Source of the DNA: a virus
Lineage: Duplodnaviria > Caudoviricetes
Virus record (IMG/VR): IMGVR_UViG_3300031519_000190
Location: 1 to 26,242 of that record
Strand: one strand, 5' to 3'
DNA length: 26,242 nt
Under the pieces are notes generated by a model. That model made no database searches. It was not told the DNA's origin and saw only the letters and a program-made list of their open reading frames with translations. The translations under genes and the position numbers were made by a program. This document shows, in pieces, positions 25,372 to 26,242 of the stretch (the stretch's first letter is position 1; each line of letters opens with the position of its first letter).

Positions 25372-25921
25372 CGCATAGTTTCCGCAATCTTTTTCTTTGT
25401 TTCTTCACTCCTAGGTTTTGTTTTCTTACCTTTATTCCAGGGAACATTTCCTTTGAGTGAGTTACTTATTTTTTTATTGGTTTCTTTACTCCAACCGCCA
25501 CCTTTTCTCCTTGATTCTAATCTTTTAGCAATCTGTTCTGGTGATTGCTTTCTCCCCTCATTTCTCCCCTTATTTGATTCACTTATCTTTCTTTTAGCTT
25601 CTTCACTCATAGGGATGCCCCTATTATCATAATCAAACTTGGTAGATGTTTGATTTGATTGATTGGCAAAGTGAGGATTGTCTTTTACATTGTAAAACTT
25701 ATGTAACACTACTTCTGCTGTTAATGCTTCTTCTCTGGTCGCACATTCTAAAAGCACAATCTTATTGGTTGGGTTAAACGTGTCGTCATAGAAACTTCCA
25801 AGATATAAATCCTCTTCTATATTGCACTCACACTGCCTCACACCGATGTATCCACGTCCCCAATCTTCAAATGAATAATACACATAGTGTTTCATTTACA
25901 AACCTGTAACTAATGTATTTA
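25261..25921 (-). mobile_element. Homing cassette: replacement 3' gene end + GIY-YIG endonuclease + late promoter
   Basis: Bounded by TACAAACC at 25261 and 25922; homologous gene tails lie on both sides of the endonuclease. Confidence 0.75.
25347..25895 (-). CDS. Free-standing GIY-YIG homing endonuclease with NUMOD3 repeats (Seg-like)
   Basis: HYVY...GYIGVR...YLGS...REEALTAE...N catalytic pattern; MSEEAKRKIS, WSKETNKKIS, PWNKG and RSEETKKKIA repeats. Confidence 0.9.
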   Translation of the reverse strand: MKHYVYYSFEDWGRGYIGVRQCECNIEEDLYLGSFYDDTFNPTNKIVLLECATREEALTAEVVLHKFYNVKDNPHFANQSNQTSTKFDYDNRGIPMSEEAKRKISESNKGRNEGRKQSPEQIAKRLESRRKGGGWSKETNKKISNSLKGNVPWNKGKKTKPRSEETKKKIAETMRQRYKKLP

Positions 25922-25923
25922 TA
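25916..25923 (-). promoter_or_regulatory. T4 late promoter TATAAATA for the GIY-YIG gene
   Basis: The plus strand reads TATTTATA; 20 nt upstream of the minus-strand ATG at 25895. Confidence 0.8.
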
Positions 25924-26035
25924 CAAACCTGCATCACATAAAGCACCTGCCAAAGGTATCAGGTTCTACATTGATTTCCTGGCTGATCACCCTGAGGTTG
26001 TTGATCAATACGGTTCCTTCCTTTATCTTCGTTGA
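25922..26035 (+). pseudogene. Displaced 3' end homologous to the 24988-25371 gene
   Basis: Translates YKPASHKAPAKGIRFYIDFLADHPEVVDQYGSFLYLR*, 24/36 identical to YKPSSHRAPAKGVRYLITQLADNPHICDPYGSFLYL*. Confidence 0.9.
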
Positions 26036-26038
26036 GGT

Positions 26039-26075
26039 TATTGTTAGTAACCTCTAAAGTGTCCCTATAGCATAA
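26039..26075 (+). repeat. Type B 37-bp promoter-like repeat, copy 5
   Basis: TATTGTTAGTAACCTCTAAAGTGTCCCTATAGCATAA. Confidence 0.9.
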
Positions 26076-26087
26076 CCACCCAATCAA

Positions 26088-26242
26088 ATGCCACTTTCTG
26101 AATCCACTGTCTCACGAATTGTTGATGCACTAAAAGATGACATTATTGAACACATTTACACAAATGAGAAATATAATGAGGTTATGCGTCAATGTATTGA
26201 AGAAGCATTAGATGCCAAAATGGGTGAGATGGATGAGGATCT
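26088..26242 (+). CDS. Hypothetical protein, 3'-truncated by the window
   Basis: MPLSESTVSRIVDALKDDIIEHIYTNEKYNEVMRQCIEEALDAKMGEMDED..., open to the window end; ATG 12 nt after the repeat. Confidence 0.7.
   Translation, partial: MPLSESTVSRIVDALKDDIIEHIYTNEKYNEVMRQCIEEALDAKMGEMDED

Noticed and set aside
25261-25921. Group I intron or intein around the GIY-YIG gene
   Set aside because: The ORF is antisense and fills nearly all of the insert, leaving no room for a ribozyme core; the host gene has its own stop.
25261-26035. Duplicated gene tail as a diversity-generating retroelement TR/VR pair
   Set aside because: Differences are not adenine-specific, identity is only about 61%, and no reverse transcriptase is in the window.
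19372-26075. 37-bp repeats as a CRISPR array
   Set aside because: Copies are 0.3-2.8 kb apart and separated by whole genes rather than 30-40 bp spacers; no cas genes are present.
1-26242. tRNA or rRNA genes
   Set aside because: No cloverleaf with T-loop GTTCRA in a suitable intergenic gap and no rRNA-like sequence were seen by eye; tRNAscan-SE or Infernal would be decisive.

Overview
AT-rich, gene-dense segment of a T4-like cyanophage (cyanomyovirus) genome, identified by cp12, T4-type late promoters TATAAATA/CTAAATA and typical cyanophage tail genes. Bases 1-9.6 kb are a late structural block: a 5'-truncated large fibre, an Ig-domain protein that appears frameshifted, a tail fibre with a cupredoxin-like domain and an S74 chaperone, and a Gly/Cys/Pro-rich adhesin-like protein. 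Bases 9.65-14.1 kb are a separately promoted enzyme operon: two 2OG-Fe(II) oxygenases, an O-carbamoyltransferase, a GT9-like glycosyltransferase and a DUF6165-like protein. Bases 14.1-26.2 kb are small early/middle genes headed by two families of dispersed promoter-like repeats. They include cp12, an RNA-ligase-like protein, an SF2 helicase, a probable internal head protein and three free-standing nucleases. The clearest structural finding is an antisense GIY-YIG homing endonuclease that appears to have inserted together with a recoded replacement 3' end of its target gene, leaving the displaced 3' end downstream. The main hypothesis is that the enzyme operon chemically decorates the neighbouring adhesin. 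All calls come from reading motifs by eye; no database searches were run.
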